From: Lama guanicoe
Taxonomy: Eukaryota
Assembly: GCA_013239625.1 (NCBI GenBank)
Contig: MU057352.1
Location: forward strand, 32,247,277 to 32,311,276
DNA length: 64,000 nt
Direction: 5' to 3'
Below, piece after piece: positions 51,166-64,000 of this stretch. How positions within the stretch are numbered: position 1 is the stretch's first letter; each line of letters opens with the position of its first letter. Both the position numbers and the translations under genes were made by a program. Below the pieces are notes generated by a model. That model was not told the origin of the DNA. It saw only the letters and a program-made list of their open reading frames with translations, and made no database searches.

Positions 51166-52259
51166 GTGGCTGCTCCAGAACAGGGCACCCGGCCCCCCAC
51201 CTGCCCAACTCCATTGGCCTGAGGGCACCGCCTGAGCAGGGGCTTCTGCAAGTTTCCCTGGTCAATCCAGTAACCTGAGTGGGAAGAGCCCTGGCCGTGC
51301 ACCTCAGGGCCTACATGCAGGAACGCCCCCCACAGCAGTGCTGTGGCAGCACAACGTGGCCAGCAGGACATGGATGGGGCACCAGGGCACAGCCCGTGGT
51401 GAGCACCATGGACCAGCTGACCCAGGGAGTCAATAAGCCGGTGAGGAAGTGCATGGGGTGTCACGTTCAGCCTCTGGGAGCCTGGCTTTCAGTGGGAGCC
51501 CCAGAAAGCTGAAGCAAAGGGTGCAGGCCTCCCTGCAGACACGGGCGTGCGGCCTGGCCTCCCCAGGTACTGGGCACCCTCCTTGAGCAGCTCCGGACAA
51601 GGGACCAGGGAGGGAGAAACGGCTGAGATGCCTAGTCCCAAAACAGCCCTCCTCCTGAAAGTATCAGAAAGCGCCCTTTATCCTCCTCACAAAGGCTCAG
51701 CTTGGGTCTCGAGCTCCAAAGCCAGGATTAGGATTTGCTGGCAAGGCCCTGTGGCCAGAGAGAGGGGACAGCCGTGTGATGGTCTTCCAGCTTGCGGGGC
51801 CGCCAACAAAGGCAGCTTTCTCTTCCCTCTGAGGCCAAGGGCTTGGGTCCCATCCTGACACGTAGGTTAGAGGCTCCGAATCCAACGTGACTGCGGGAGG
51901 GCAGGGCCGAGCGGTTTCCCGTGAGAAGAGATGGAGCCCAGTGGAGGCTCAGGGAGGCCGGGGGTCACGCTGGGGGTGCTCAGCATGGCCCCCACCCGGG
52001 GCCAACAAGTAGGGAAGTGGGACCCAGGGCTCTCGGGGCCTCTGGGAACAGGTCACCTCCTCGTGGACTCCGACCCGGGGCTCCACGTGGGAACATCCGT
52101 GACCCAGCGGCAGGGCAGGGGTCAGGGCGAGGGCCAGTCACAGGCCTGGGAAACACAGCTTATCTAGGAGCCTGCGGCTGCTCACTGATTTCTCCAAACG
52201 GTGAAGGCCCTGCTTGTCCACGAATGGAAGCCTCTGGAGGCTCGGCAAACCCCGGAACA

Positions 52260-52570
52260 CAGGTGTGGCGCGACGTTCAGTCCTGCCCGGCCACACATTA
52301 AATAAAGAAGCCGCGACGGGGCAGGGCCGACCGCGGTGCCTGGGAACTGCCCGGCAGGCGTGAGGCTGCCTGAGGCGGCGCAGACTGCCGCCCACTCCCC
52401 GCGCTGCACAGCGCGGCCCGGCCCCGGGGCGGGAGCCCGGCGCAGCAGCACTGCCCGCGGCTGGGCCTGACCGGGCGGGAGACAGACCCGGCTCCTGGCC
52501 GGGACTGTGGCCGACCTGCTGGCAGCCACATCCAGAGCTCAGCTCGGAGGAGAGCCGGTGGGCAGCGGGC
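52260..52570. promoter_or_regulatory. Intronic CpG-rich island with GC boxes (candidate internal promoter or enhancer)
   Basis: Dense CpG (gccgcgacgg, ccccgcgctgcacagcgcggcccggccccggggcgggagcccggcgc), GGGCGG/CCGCCC boxes, and an adjacent AT-rich 'attaaataaa'. No convincing coding frame. Confidence 0.5.
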
Positions 52571-52859
52571 ACCCCCACTCCTGCCAGGACCCTCCGCCTG
52601 CAGACGGTGGCCCCAAAGTCTGGGGCATCGACACAGCCACACCCCGGGGTTGAACCCTGCAGTGTGTCAGCTCGTGGACGTCAGCCCACAACGTTCCCGG
52701 AAATGACCTAATCTTTCTCAGTCTCTCAGGGGCACCGGTGGCCACCCTCCTCCTCTAAGAAACATCCAACCGAAACAGAGCACCAACAGTCCAATGTACA
52801 CATCACAAATGCACAGGCACGTCAGCCAGAGCAAGGGAAAGACTCTCGGGTCAGGTATG

Positions 52860-54800
52860 GACACTCCAGGACCCCAGAAGTGGCCCTCCAGACCCCCACT
52901 CATTACACTGTCCCCATCCAAGGAAAACCATCTGGCTTCTAACTCTGCCTGTTAGTTTGGCCCAGTTTCGACCTCCGTCCTCTTCAGTCTCGCTCCTTGG
53001 GCTCAGCACGTGTCCAAGCTGCCACCGGGGCCTTGCTGGCCACAGAGCAAGGAGTGTCTTCCACTTACGGACTTGGCACAAGTGCCTGTCCATCCTGCTG
53101 CATGTCCCACGGTGCCGAGTGCTTCCATGACACGTGTGTGCGTTCCTACAGGGTACACACCTCGGGTGGAGCTGCAAGGTCACAGGTAGGAAGATGACAC
53201 CCTCTGGCCAATATCACCAGGGTTCCCATCAAGTGAGCGAGATCTCTGGGTGCCCTGTGGCCTCGCTGACACGTGGCATTCCCCCGCACTTCTATCTGCA
53301 TTTTTAGCTGTTTTGGCAGCTGTAAGGTGTGCAGTGATGAGGCGTGGTGGTTCACCCTGCCTTGTGATGTTCACCCTTGTGTGTTTTTGAATTGAGTTGT
53401 CTGCCTGTTCCTATTGATTTGTAGGAGATCTTTATATATCACGGACATAACTGTTTTCAGAGATGTGTTGTGCAAACGCCTTCTCTCACTGTGGGGTGTC
53501 TCTTCATTCTCTTATGGGTGTACAGATTTTACAAAGTCAAGTCTACCATCTCTTTCTAGTCAGTACATTTTCATCTGTGTAAGGAATGTCTGCTCACCAT
53601 GTAGATGTGAAGACAGCCTCCCATGGTGGCTTCTAGAAGCTTCGTTGCCTTTCCGATCACAATATGGGTCAAGGATCCAGTGAAGTGACCTGTGGGTGGG
53701 CTAGCTGAGGTAAAGAGTCTGCTGGGAGCGGCAGTGTTGTGCCCCAGCCCTCAGCGCCCCCAGCCACGCGGCCGGCACCGGGCCTGGGCCAGGTCCTCAC
53801 TGAGTCTCCAACTGCTACACTTTCGTCTTTGTTCAGTTCAAGATGATTTCTAATTTCCACTGCGGTTTCTTCTTTGATCCGTGGGTTATTTCAAATTGTG
53901 TTCTTTAAATTCTCAGCCCCCCAGTGACTTCTTTGTTAGCAGATTCTCCTTTAATTGCACTCTGGTTAGAGAACACACTCAACCCTTTAGAATCTGCTGA
54001 GACTGGCTTTAATGTCCGGTGTACACATACGTGCGCTTGAAAGGAACACACGGTCTCTCGCGGTGGAACAGTGTCATAAATACCAATTAGGTCAGGTTAT
54101 TATTTGAATCTCTCATAACCTCGCTGAATCTTTCTGGTCTATTTTATTACTCACTTAGGGAAGTGTGTCCCAATTCCCAACTGTGACTGTAGATTTACGA
54201 GTTTTCCCTTTTACTACTGTCAGTTTTGCTTTGTATTTATATTATTTGATGCTCAATTATTACGCACATACACAGTTACACGTAAATTTAGACGCCTTTT
54301 GTCCCTGCACAACGCACCTCCATGTCGCCACCACCCCCTCCACGTCCCGCCTACCTATTCAGATGCTGATACGGCCATGCCCGTTTTCTTTTGCCTTATG
54401 GTTGCGTAATGTATCTTTCTTCCATCCTTTTACTTTCAGCACTTTTCTAGATTCACATTTCAGGTTCACCTCTTGTAAGCACTACATAGTATTTTCCTTC
54501 TAACCGAGGCTGACAGTCTGCTCCCTGTAGCTGGAGGGATTCGCTCGTTTTAACTCAACGTAAGTAGTGTTAAGTCCACCATCTCACAACTTGTTGCCTA
54601 TTTTTCCTGTTTTTTGCTTATTTCTCTTTTGTTGCTTTTAAATTAATCCAGGTTTGTTCTATTCCGCATGTTCCCCTCTGTTAACTCATTTTACAGGGAC
54701 GCTCTTGTGCCCTCAGCGTCGCCCACAGCGTAACACGCAGCCTTGCTTTACTGCAGTTTATCTTAAGTTAGTTCTTTCTGTCACTTCTCTGATGATCTAG
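52860..54800 (-). mobile_element. Degenerate antisense LINE-1 fragments
   Basis: L1 antisense motifs 'cctattgatttgtaggagatctttatatat' ~53410, 'ttctttgatccgtgggttatttcaaattgtg' ~53870 and 'ttccatccttttactttcagc' ~54420. Confidence 0.72.
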
Positions 54801-55019
54801 GGACATTTCAACACGTCAACACCATCGACCTTCCTCATCAAGCCCGCGCTAGAGCCTTGAGGGAAAAACGCCAATTTCCTCAAAGGTCATTTGTCAAGGT
54901 GACGTCCTCAGACAGAGGCCCCTGTCCTTGGTACCCCCTGCTCTTCCCTGCAGCCCAGTGGCACCGGACTCTATGCTGTCCCCGAACAGCCACTGACCAT
55001 GGTCAACCTCAGTACCCAC

Positions 55020-55079
55020 CTGCCGTCTGCCACCCCTCTGTGCCGTGGGAAGCAGGGCTCTGGACTTCTCTGCAATTTT
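55020..55079 (-). CDS. TSNARE1: TSNARE1 internal coding exon, KIAEKSRALLPTAQRGGRRQ
   Basis: Acceptor ttcttgtactttgtccaacag| and donor |gtgggt. 60 nt, phase 0-0, in frame with both neighbours. Confidence 0.92.
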
Positions 55080-55573
55080 CTGTTGGACAAAGTACAAGAA
55101 GAGGGAGAGAGGAAGAACAGAAAAGGTGAGGAAGAGAGCAGCAGCGTCAGATAAACATGACGTACTGGACCACGGCCGACGGAGAGCACAGCTCCAGCCC
55201 CAAGAAGAGAGCCGCCCCACGTGTCAGGAAAGCTGGGAGCCGGGCCGGGCTCGGCAGGCGCTCTGCTAGACGGCCTCCTCCACACACCCGGGCTCTCTGG
55301 GGCTGTTTCCTCACCTGTCAGGACGAGGGATACCTGCTGTCCCCCCTCCCAAGAGGCCGTCGCAAGGACTGTCCTGGGCCGTGCTCCAGAAGTCAAAGAG
55401 CCCTCGCTGCATGCGCCGCGGCCGCACCAGCGGGACCCCGGCGGCTGCTATGCGTCTGCAGGGCTGCCCGTCCTCTGCTTCAGGGGATGGGACCATGCCA
55501 GGCTGACCGAGCGAGTGCTCAGGGGACCAAGCCCACCCCACCTGCCCGGCAACCTCACCTGCAGGTGCCTCAC

Positions 55574-55648
55574 CTTCTGCACCACTCCATAGCGCTGGAC
55601 GGCATCTAAGAGCTGAGTTTTCAGGCAGTCCAGCTGCAGGCGCTCCTG
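55574..55648 (-). CDS. TSNARE1: TSNARE1 internal coding exon, QERLQLDCLKTQLLDAVQRYGVVQK
   Basis: Polypyrimidine ctctctctgcag| (tandem CAGCAG, alternative start 55645) and donor |gtgagg. 75 nt, phase 0-0. Syntaxin Hc-helix-like peptide. Confidence 0.93.
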
Positions 55649-57061
55649 CTGCAGAGAGAGGACGGCTTCCACAGGTCTGAGGCCTCGTCCTGCCTCTGCA
55701 GCCCCTCTGTCCTCGGGCACTTCAGTCCCTACACTCCTGCGCCCTCCTGCCACTCCTGGCAGCGCCCGCCCCACAGCCCCCGGTCCACCCACCACCAGTC
55801 CCACGGCCATCATCACCCCCACATTAGAACCGGGCCCGTCCATGTCTACTGCACCTGCTCCATCCCCTCAAACACCAGCAGGGCTCCGTGAGCACAGACA
55901 GCATCGCCCGACACCAGCCCCGCCCAGCCCCAACACGCAGTCAGCACTGACCGCGGAGCCAGCCGCCCCGGCACAGCATGCCTGTGTGGTCTCCAGTACG
56001 ACTCAGGTGAGTTCGGAGCCCCTCTGACAGCTCAGGAGATCCTGGGCCCGAGTTCTCAGAGGCCTGTTCCAGTCCACACAGGTGGTGGAGCCAGGCCGCT
56101 GGCCCCAGAGCACATGTGCCCAACCACACACGAGGCTGCATCTTGTCCCCGGCATCAGAGCTGCAGTCACCAAGCCGTCCATCAAGCCAGCACCAGCCCC
56201 TTGGCTCCCCTCCGTGACCACTGTCCTCCCGCTGGAATGGGACCTCGTCCCCTGTTGGTCTCTGCACCCCACTGTCCAGAATGATGCCTGCACAGAGCCG
56301 GCACTCAAGACATACTGTCAAACCAGGGGACGGACAAGCAGGCCCTGGACCCTGGCACCACCCGCTCAGGTGCGTGTGAGCACCACCGGCCATCAGGAGC
56401 CCTAAGCCCTCCTCTCTCACCTCGCAGCCTGGCACCGACAGACCACGCCTGTCCCAGTGTCCTTGGACCAGGACGCAGACATGGGCTCCCAGTCCCCTCC
56501 TGCCCCCAGCACTTCCCGCCAGCTCCCGGGAGGGCCCCGGCCTCTTCCCAGACCCTGCGTTTCAAGTCACAAAACCCACCCCTCACTGCCACCGTGCACC
56601 CCGTGCAAGCCCATGGGTGAGGGCGAGCTGCAGGTGCACCGGTGGGCCGGCCGCGTCTCAGCAAGACCGGCTCTCCAACACAGGCCCCTCAGGCGCACTG
56701 GGCAGCACCTGGGCCTCCCAGTCCCTGTGTGGCTGCAGCTCTGTGGCGCCTGCTTCAGTGTCCAGGTGAGGCTCTTGTAATTAGCACCATACGTATGCCC
56801 CAGGACAGACCTAAGAGCCCAGGGAGTTATTTAGTGCTTTATGGCAGAACCCCTCTAGCTCCAGCTCCAGCCCACATGGTCCACCCTCAGCTCCAGGTGA
56901 TGGCACAGCCTCACCTCCCTGAGAGAGCAGTGACCCCTTGGCAGTCCGCCCGGACAGCACGTCCTCCCATGGGACTATGAGAGCCGTAATGGGGGACCTC
57001 ATCTGTATCCCTCTCCCAGCATCTGGCAGAGCAGGTGTTCAGTAAATGTTTGTTGGGTTCT

Positions 57062-57172
57062 TAGATGATGGATGGGTGGGTAAGTCAGCGGACAGGCAGG
57101 TAAGTGGATGGATGGACGGACAGACAAACAAACAGCGAGCTGGTGGATGGGAGGACTGAAAGAAGGAAGGAT
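57062..57172. repeat. Degenerate (GGAT)n simple repeat
   Basis: gatggatgggtggg...ggatggatggacgga. Confidence 0.7.
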
Positions 57173-57716
57173 GTATTCTGCTTTTATAAAAGGGATCCCT
57201 CTGAATTCCCAAGGGGCTCAACTCTGCTTTCCTGCCCTGGTGACATACAGCTCTGGACCCAGAAAGACCAGAGCTCAAATCTAGTGCCTCCGCCCTGCCC
57301 TCCGTGATGCCTCAGGCAGGCATAAGTGCAAGAATAAAGCACAAAGCCACAGACAAAAAGGTCCCCGAACGCCAAGGCCACGGAACCGCGGCAGACACTG
57401 CCCGGTGCGGCGTGACCCTGGGTGAAAGGCCAGGCCAGGCAGCTGCCTCTGGTCCCACACCCAGGCCATGATGGTTAAATCGCGGGCATGTGGAGCAGCG
57501 GAGGGGTCTCAGGCCGGGCGGACGGAGGCACTCCTGTCCAGGAGGGCTGGGAGCCCACAGCACCCACACCACTGCCTGGCCTGTGACACTGCCCAGTGGA
57601 CGGCTGAACACGCAACCTCTGCCCCAAGCAGCCACGTGGGCCATCCTTTCCCCACGCTGCCCCGCCCCCTGGCGCCCCCCCACCCCCGCCACCGCCCCAG
57701 TCCCCAGGGAACATAC

Positions 57717-57807
57717 CCGGGAGCAGCCCCGCAGGAGCTCGGCCATCTGCTTCAGGGCGCTGGTGCTGGCTGCAACGGTTTGGTTGGTCTCCTGCTGTGC
57801 CGCATGC
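57717..57807 (-). CDS. TSNARE1: TSNARE1 internal coding exon (syntaxin Habc-like region), (xxG)HAAQQETNQTVAASTSALKQMAELLRGCSR
   Basis: Acceptor cttgccccag| and donor |gtatgt. 91 nt, phase 2 to 0. The peptide matches recalled TSNARE1/STX12-like HTAQQETNKTI...KQMAELLR. Confidence 0.93.
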
Positions 57808-58579
57808 CTGGGGCAAGTGTGCGGGGCGGAGGGGAGAGAAGGTGGGGGGGCGGGGTTGGTGGGAGCAGCAGAGCGGGCACGGGTGTGCGAAGAGGACACG
57901 GGAGAGGGAAGCCAGCAGGAAGGAAGAAGCAGGCAGAGGAAAGAGGGCCAGATGGGAGTAAGGACACACAGGCAGGCCCAGGGAGGGAGACAGGAGAGGA
58001 TGCAGGGGTGGGCGGGTGAGGCAGGAGGGAGGGAAGTGCACAGTGAGCTCGAGTCCCTGTCACCACACCCCTCACCCTGTGGACCCCACGGACCCACACA
58101 CAAGCCATGGGATTGGCACCTGCACCACTGGGGCCCAGCCCTGAGCCCTCCCGCAGAGGCCCCAGGGGGCAGCACCAGTCAGGCCCAGGGAGCAGGGTGG
58201 CCGCAGAGATGGCCCTGGGACCACCGCTGAGGAAACCTTAGCCTGCTGGGCAGGCCTCTGGGGCTGCGGGTGAGACGCCCATCTCCAGACCCAGGCTGGG
58301 GGTCTCTCCCAGCACCCTGCTGGTGTGAGGTTGACTGCCGCCCCTGTGGACAGAGTGGTGGGGGACAACCCTGCCCTCAGGCCTCCTGCGGGCTCACACG
58401 GCCAAGCCAGGGAAGGACCCTGGCCTGGCTCCAGGCTGCAGACACCAGGGAACCTCCTGGCCTTCCAGCTGCAGCTCAGATGCCCCTCTTTACTCCCCGC
58501 AGGACCCCCACACAGCAGCAGAGGGGGTGGGCACCGGGCTGGCCTGGGCTGAACGTGGGAAGCTCCTGAGAGCTTATGA

Positions 58580-61160
58580 ATCACGTGTCAATAAATTTGA
58601 CAACTAAGATGAAACAGAGAAATTCCTTGAAAGACAAGAATGATCAAAACTGACTCAAGAAGAAACAGAAAACCTAAATAGCTCTGTATCTATTGACGGG
58701 ATTAAATTTGTTCTTAAAAACGTTCCCAAAATACAGATGACTTCACTATCAAATATTTAAAGAAGCAGTAACATCGATACCACACAAACTCCTCCAGAAA
58801 ACAGACAAGAAGGGACACTTCCATTTCACAGCCAGCATCACCCTGACACCAAAATCTAACTGAAGAACCTGAAAGAAAAGAGCAGCACAGGTTGCCCAGG
58901 AGCGCAGCGCAAGGCCCCTAACAGGGCGTTAGGGGTGCAAGTCCAACCGCCCACAACCAGGGTAACATCCTGCGACCAAGAGGCGTTCCTCCGAGGAAGG
59001 CAAGGCTGGTCTGACATCCAAACACCAGTGACTGCAATCCTCGTGTTAACAGAACAGATTGGAAAGGGGGGAAATCACCTCAATAAAACCACGCAGAAAA
59101 AGCATCCGGCCAAACTCAACACCCACTCGTGCAAAAGCTAAGAAACTGGGAGAGAAAAGGGAGACGATCAGCTGGAGGGGAAGAGCCTGTGAGGCCCGCC
59201 CAGCCCGGGCCCTGCGGGGCGCCCAGCGTCCTGCCTCCACGCCGCGCTGTACGGGTTATGACGTTCTGACCGTGAAAGGACACGCTTACAACAGTGTCAC
59301 GTGGAAAAGAGGTGAGCAGCATGGGCACTGAGAACAAAGACATGAAACTGCCTCTGCCACGGAAGACAGCTTCCCAGACGTGGAAAATCCTAGGGAAGCC
59401 GGAATCTAACGAGGGCACAGGGCGTGGCAACCAGCAGGACCCGTCATCTACACGCACAGGCATCTACACAGGAAAATGAAACTCAAACAATGACACCTCT
59501 TACCCCAGAATAAACAGCAAGAAAACACGGCCGTAAGTTTAACAAAACCCACTGAAGGCCAGTGCACTGAAACCCGCAAGGAACTGCTGAAAGAAATAAG
59601 AACAGAAACGAGAGAAGGGCCGGCCACCTTCCCAGCTAGGAAGGCCCAGGCTCCTTCAGACATCCGTCCTCAGATTGATTTGCAGAGTCAAGGTAACCCC
59701 AAATAAAACTGTAAAAGGCTTAAGACTATAAAATTATAAATTTTTAAACTACAGATTTAAAATTACAAAATTATCAAAGGCTTTTAAAAAGCAGAAATTG
59801 ATAAGCAGATTCTAAAATTGATACTGAAATACAACTGCCCAGGAGCATCCCTAACAATTTCAAACAAAGGCGAACAGAGCTGGTGGTCAGACACAACGGA
59901 TTTCAAGGCTCCGCACGAAACTGTAATTAAGACAACACGGCACCGTCCTGAGAACAGAGAGCAGTGACACAGAATAACCCCGAGGTGCCCCTGTATGTAG
60001 ACGTTCAAGTAATCACTGAAGAAGGTGCTGAGGTGTTCAAGGCATTCAAAGGACAGTCTTTTCAACAAATGGAGTTGCAGCAACTAGGTAACCATGTTTA
60101 AGGAACATCAGGCTGCACTCCCACCTCATACCACCCTCTGTGCCGGACACGTAGGCAGTCCCCAAGCCCTGGCGCCCCCAGCCTGGCAAGTCTGCAGGAG
60201 GAGGGGCTGCCCGGCTGAGGCTGGAGGGTGCCTGGGGTCAGCAGGCTGGGCAAGGGGCAGCGTCGCACACAAACAGTCACCAGGGCAGGTGACGGACAGA
60301 GGCGGCCGTGGAGGCCCAGCTGGAGGCTCGGGCACAGGAGCTGACCCTGACCTGGAAGGCGAGGGGGACCAGCAGTGGGGAGGCCCAGCCAGGCTGCACT
60401 GAGGAGGAACAGGTGGGGACCTGGAGCGTGGCCAGATGTGGTCCAGAGAAGAGGTGGAGTGGCCAGGAGCTGGGGAAGGGAGACACGTTTCAGCAGCACC
60501 AGCCGGGCTAGGTGAAGGTGTGGGGCGCCAAGGCCACCCCTCAAGTCTCTGCAGTGGACAACGGGCCCCGGGAGGGCTCCGCTGACGCCTGATCCCCCAG
60601 CATGGAGGAAGCAGATGAAGACACTGGAAGGAGGAGCTGGCGAAGGAGGCCGACAGGTGGCCCAAACCAGGGAGGGCAGAAGCCCAGGAGAGGGCGAGCA
60701 GCAGAGCCTGGAAGAAGCTTCCGGAAGGAGGAAGCAAATCAACAATAAAAAGACAAGTAACCTCATTCAAACACGGGCGGAGAACCAAACAGTCCTCACA
60801 GAAAACATACCAACGTCAGTAACTCTCCACACGACCGGGCATCGGGATGTGCAGGTCCAATCCACCCTGAGACGCCACTGCGCCCGTGGGAGGACGGCTG
60901 GGGTCACAGGCAGCTGACGAGGGTCGGGAGGAGTGGGGAAATCGTAGCCCTCACGCTCTGCTGGGGGGGTACAGGTGCAGCCCCTGGGAAACAGTCTGGC
61001 GGCTACTCAAAATGTTCAACAGAGTCACCATCTGACCAGCAAGGCCACTCCTAGGGACCCACCCAAGAGAAGGGACAACAAGGGTCCACACAGACGCTCA
61101 GAGCATCAGTACACACAGTCGCCAAAGAGAAACCACCAAACCTCCGTGAGCTGATGAGCA
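58580..61160 (+). mobile_element. Degenerate LINE-1 ORF2 and 3' fragments, interrupted by unique sequence ~60120-60720
   Basis: 'aaatttgacaactaagatgaaacagagaaattccttgaaagaca...aaactgactcaagaagaaacagaaaacctaaatagc' ~58590, 'gaaattgataagcagattctaaaatt' ~59795, 'aaaggacagtcttttcaacaaatgg' ~60050, and 3' 'tgggaaacagtctggc...ctcaaaatgttcaacagagtcaccatctgaccagc' ~60985. Confidence 0.8.
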
Positions 61161-61572
61161 GGGCTGGCTTCGTCCGCGCCGGCCACTCTGGCACTGCACC
61201 GCACACCGGGGCCCAGGAGCAGGGGGCGCGGTTTCTCACTGTCTGGAGGCTGGATGTCCAAGATCAGTGCGCCAGCGGGTCAAGGTCTGCTGAGAGCCCT
61301 CCCTGTTCAGCCGGCCTCAGAGCCCGGCCACGGCGAGGAGTGCATGAATAGGGCTCTGTCCCCAGAATCCCTGGTCTCCAGTCCCCTCATTGTGCCACAC
61401 CCTTCCAGAGCCTTCCACTGGCTTCCTACTGCTGGGGAATGAAGCCCAAACAATCTACCAGGCCTCCAAGGGCTGGTGTGGTCTGGCCCAGGCCCACCTG
61501 ACCAACAGACTTGGCCGTAGCCGCCCACTTCTGGCTCCTCAAAGATGCCACGTCTACTGCTGCTTCAGGACT

Positions 61573-61960
61573 GTGGCAGCTTGAAAAAACTGGCCAAAAA
61601 ATTCTGCAACATTTCTCCCACCACATGCATGGTGGGTCAAGGTCCCTTGCATCTGGTCACGCTCAGGACCGCCTTAGCCACAGGGGTCGGCAGAGGTGTG
61701 GCTACGTGACTTCTGAGCTGGTCATAAGAGGCAATGTCATGTGGTTCGTGACTTCTTTGTCAGAACATTCACCCGAGAGCCCTGAGCCGACACAGAAGTC
61801 CAGCTCCCAAGAGGCCCACGCCCCGAGAGCCCAAGCTACCCGAGTGACCCCCACTGAGATCAGTGTCACCCACCCGCAATCACGTGTGAGGGAGGACGCC
61901 TCCTGGTGCTTCAGCCCCAGCTGAGAGCGGACAGGCAATGAGGTGAGACACAGCCACACA
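61573..61960 (+). mobile_element. Older MLT1 (G/H-like) LTR remnant
   Basis: 'tgtggcag...ggccaaaaattct...cccttgcatctgg...gtgacttctgagctggtcataagagg' resembles recalled MLT1G/H consensus. Confidence 0.55.
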
Positions 61961-64000
61961 GGAAAAGACAAGAATGGAGGCAGAGAGGAAGGAAAGGCCT
62001 CGCAGGGGCTGAGGTGGGGAGAGGGCCAAGCTGAGGACATGCATGGTTGGGGGTAGTGGGAGACAGTGTCTGAGGACACGCGTGGTGGGGGGAACACAGT
62101 AGACGATGTCCAGACGGAACTCGTGAGCCCGCCCCCCCACCCCTGCTTGGGTATTTGCCCTTTGGTCTGCCAGGGAGCACCACGCAGCTCTGATGCTACT
62201 TCCACAGCCACGTAGGTCCCACCCGGGAGAGGAGGCCATCGGAGTGGTCCCTACCAGTGTAGGGTCCCGCTGGAGGCAGGGTCCACTGAGACCTGGGCCA
62301 GCACAGACCTCAGCCTGGATGGAAGCTGCAGTCCAGCTCCCTGCATGGTGTCTGCCTTCCCCTGTGCCTCCCTCCACACCGCCAGCTCCCCTTGAGTCCA
62401 ACCATCACTGGTGACCCCAGCATGTTGTGAGGGGCCAGCAGCATGGGCCAGGGACCCAGCCTTGCACGCGAGCCCACACACTTGCTCAGAGGAGCTGGGA
62501 CGACAGAACATCAGGGCCTGCAGGCCCAGTGCAAGGGTCCCCGCTTTGTCCTGGAAAGAGACTCCCCCCCTGCCATGGACACAGGCTACGAGAGCTGGGT
62601 GTGGGCTCAGCCACGGTTCAGGCCCAGCATCAGGCTACACCATCATCACTGACCCACGCTGGGCCCTGGCCCTATGGATTCAGAGTTGGGCTCCCCGGAG
62701 CCTGGTGACAGAGCCCCCACCCACAGGCAGACGTCCTGCCCGGGGCTCCTGAATGACCATCCACTCCTTCAGCTACCATCCCAAGGAGCTCCAGCAGTGC
62801 CCCAGGCTGATGCCGACAAGCACGGTCCTGCTGCCGCTAAGTGTCACCTCCATGGACTGGGCCACCTCAGCCAGTCTGGGAGCGTGTGCTGAGAGGGCCG
62901 GGACAGGGTCCACTCTCGGGGGCTGAGAGAAATGCAAAGCCCACACCTATCTCACGCAAGATGAGCAAAGCAGGCTGCGCCTTCCCAGGTTCTTAGGAAG
63001 CTAAATTCATTCCATTTGAAGGGCTGTCTTCTCTGGAGACTGGATCCCGCCCACCGCAGGGGTACTGAGATGTCTTTTTTTAATAAAATGATAGTAATGA
63101 TGGATGGCAGTGTACTTTTTTTTATGTCTTTACTTGACAAAATAAAAAAGGAACTGGGAACTATCAACGTGGAGAAAACACAAACTTGGTGACCTTACGG
63201 TGGTCTCAAGTTATTTTAAAATGCTGAAGGTCCATGACGTGCAAATTCCCCCAGGGCATGGGGTCGTGGAAGGCTCCAGAAGGCCAGGCAAGCAGGCTAG
63301 GCAGCCTGGGCAGCAGCCACCCGGCAGCGAGGAAGGGTAAGAGGGTTGGGGGGCCCTGCGGGGGTTGGGGGAGGCTCTGTGTCGGACGGACAGGAGGGTC
63401 CAGAGCCAGCCATCCTCTCCAGACCCGCGCAGGGGACGTCATCCTCCAGCCACCAGGGCCACCGGGCGAGGCAGCCCACCGATTGGCCCTGGGGACGCCA
63501 CAACAGAGGCTCCCCCCAGACACAGGCGGCACCACAGAGATCGACCGCACAGCCCGGGAGCTGCTCCTAAGGCTGAAGACGGGGCCCGCTGGAGAGCGGC
63601 CAGCGTCTCCGCTCAATGATCTCACAGGCTCAGCAGCGTGTCCGCACCTCGGAAGGGCATGTTTTCCACGTGTGAGGGGGGCACATACACCCCCAATCCT
63701 AAGTGTAAAAAGCGGGATCCAGAACATGATTCACTTCAATCCAATTCTGCAGAACGCCCGTGGGTCTGAGAAGAGGCTGGCAGGAAACACCGAAACGTTC
63801 ACGGCGCTGCCTCAGACATCCTGTGTGCCCAACTTCCTACAACAGCGTATGTTACTTTCACAATCAGAAAACAATACACGTTACTTTTAAAAAGAAACAT
63901 AAAGGCTAATTAAAAATAGAGTTGCACATAAAATCTGCCCAGGGCCCACTGTTGCCTCGAGCACTGGACCCTGAGACTTCGCAGGGGTGGTCCCAGCCTG

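Noticed and set aside
51399-51422. REST/NRSE-like 'gagcaccatggaccagc'
   Set aside because: It has mismatches in both half-sites and an insertion relative to consensus.

Overview
GC-rich mammalian genomic DNA (not prokaryotic), with one 170-N assembly gap. The minus strand carries six internal coding exons of TSNARE1, encoding the syntaxin-like Habc/linker region and the Qa-SNARE motif. They splice in frame through canonical AG/GT sites. The gene's 5' exons and its transmembrane terminal exon were not found and presumably lie outside the window. The main result is a second coding unit interleaved with TSNARE1 on the same strand. It has a Myb/SANT-like (Harbinger-derived, Myb_DNA-bind_5-type) exon at 35133-35591, which resembles a duplicate of TSNARE1's own N-terminal Myb exon, and a terminal exon at 28165-28745 encoding a Pro-rich linker, a PLDLR motif, a coiled coil and LKVEEEV. 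Joined, they give an intact 328-aa MSANTD/NAIF1-like protein whose intron skips a TSNARE1 exon. The Myb exon is a symmetric phase 1-1 exon inside a phase-1 TSNARE1 intron, so in-frame SNARE/Myb chimeras are possible. The rest is intronic: ancient L1 fragments, MLT1 LTRs, MIRs, simple repeats, a CpG-rich island and several AT-rich candidate regulatory islands. Most ORFs in the supplied track are GC-content artefacts. Protein and repeat comparisons are from memory; no database search was run.
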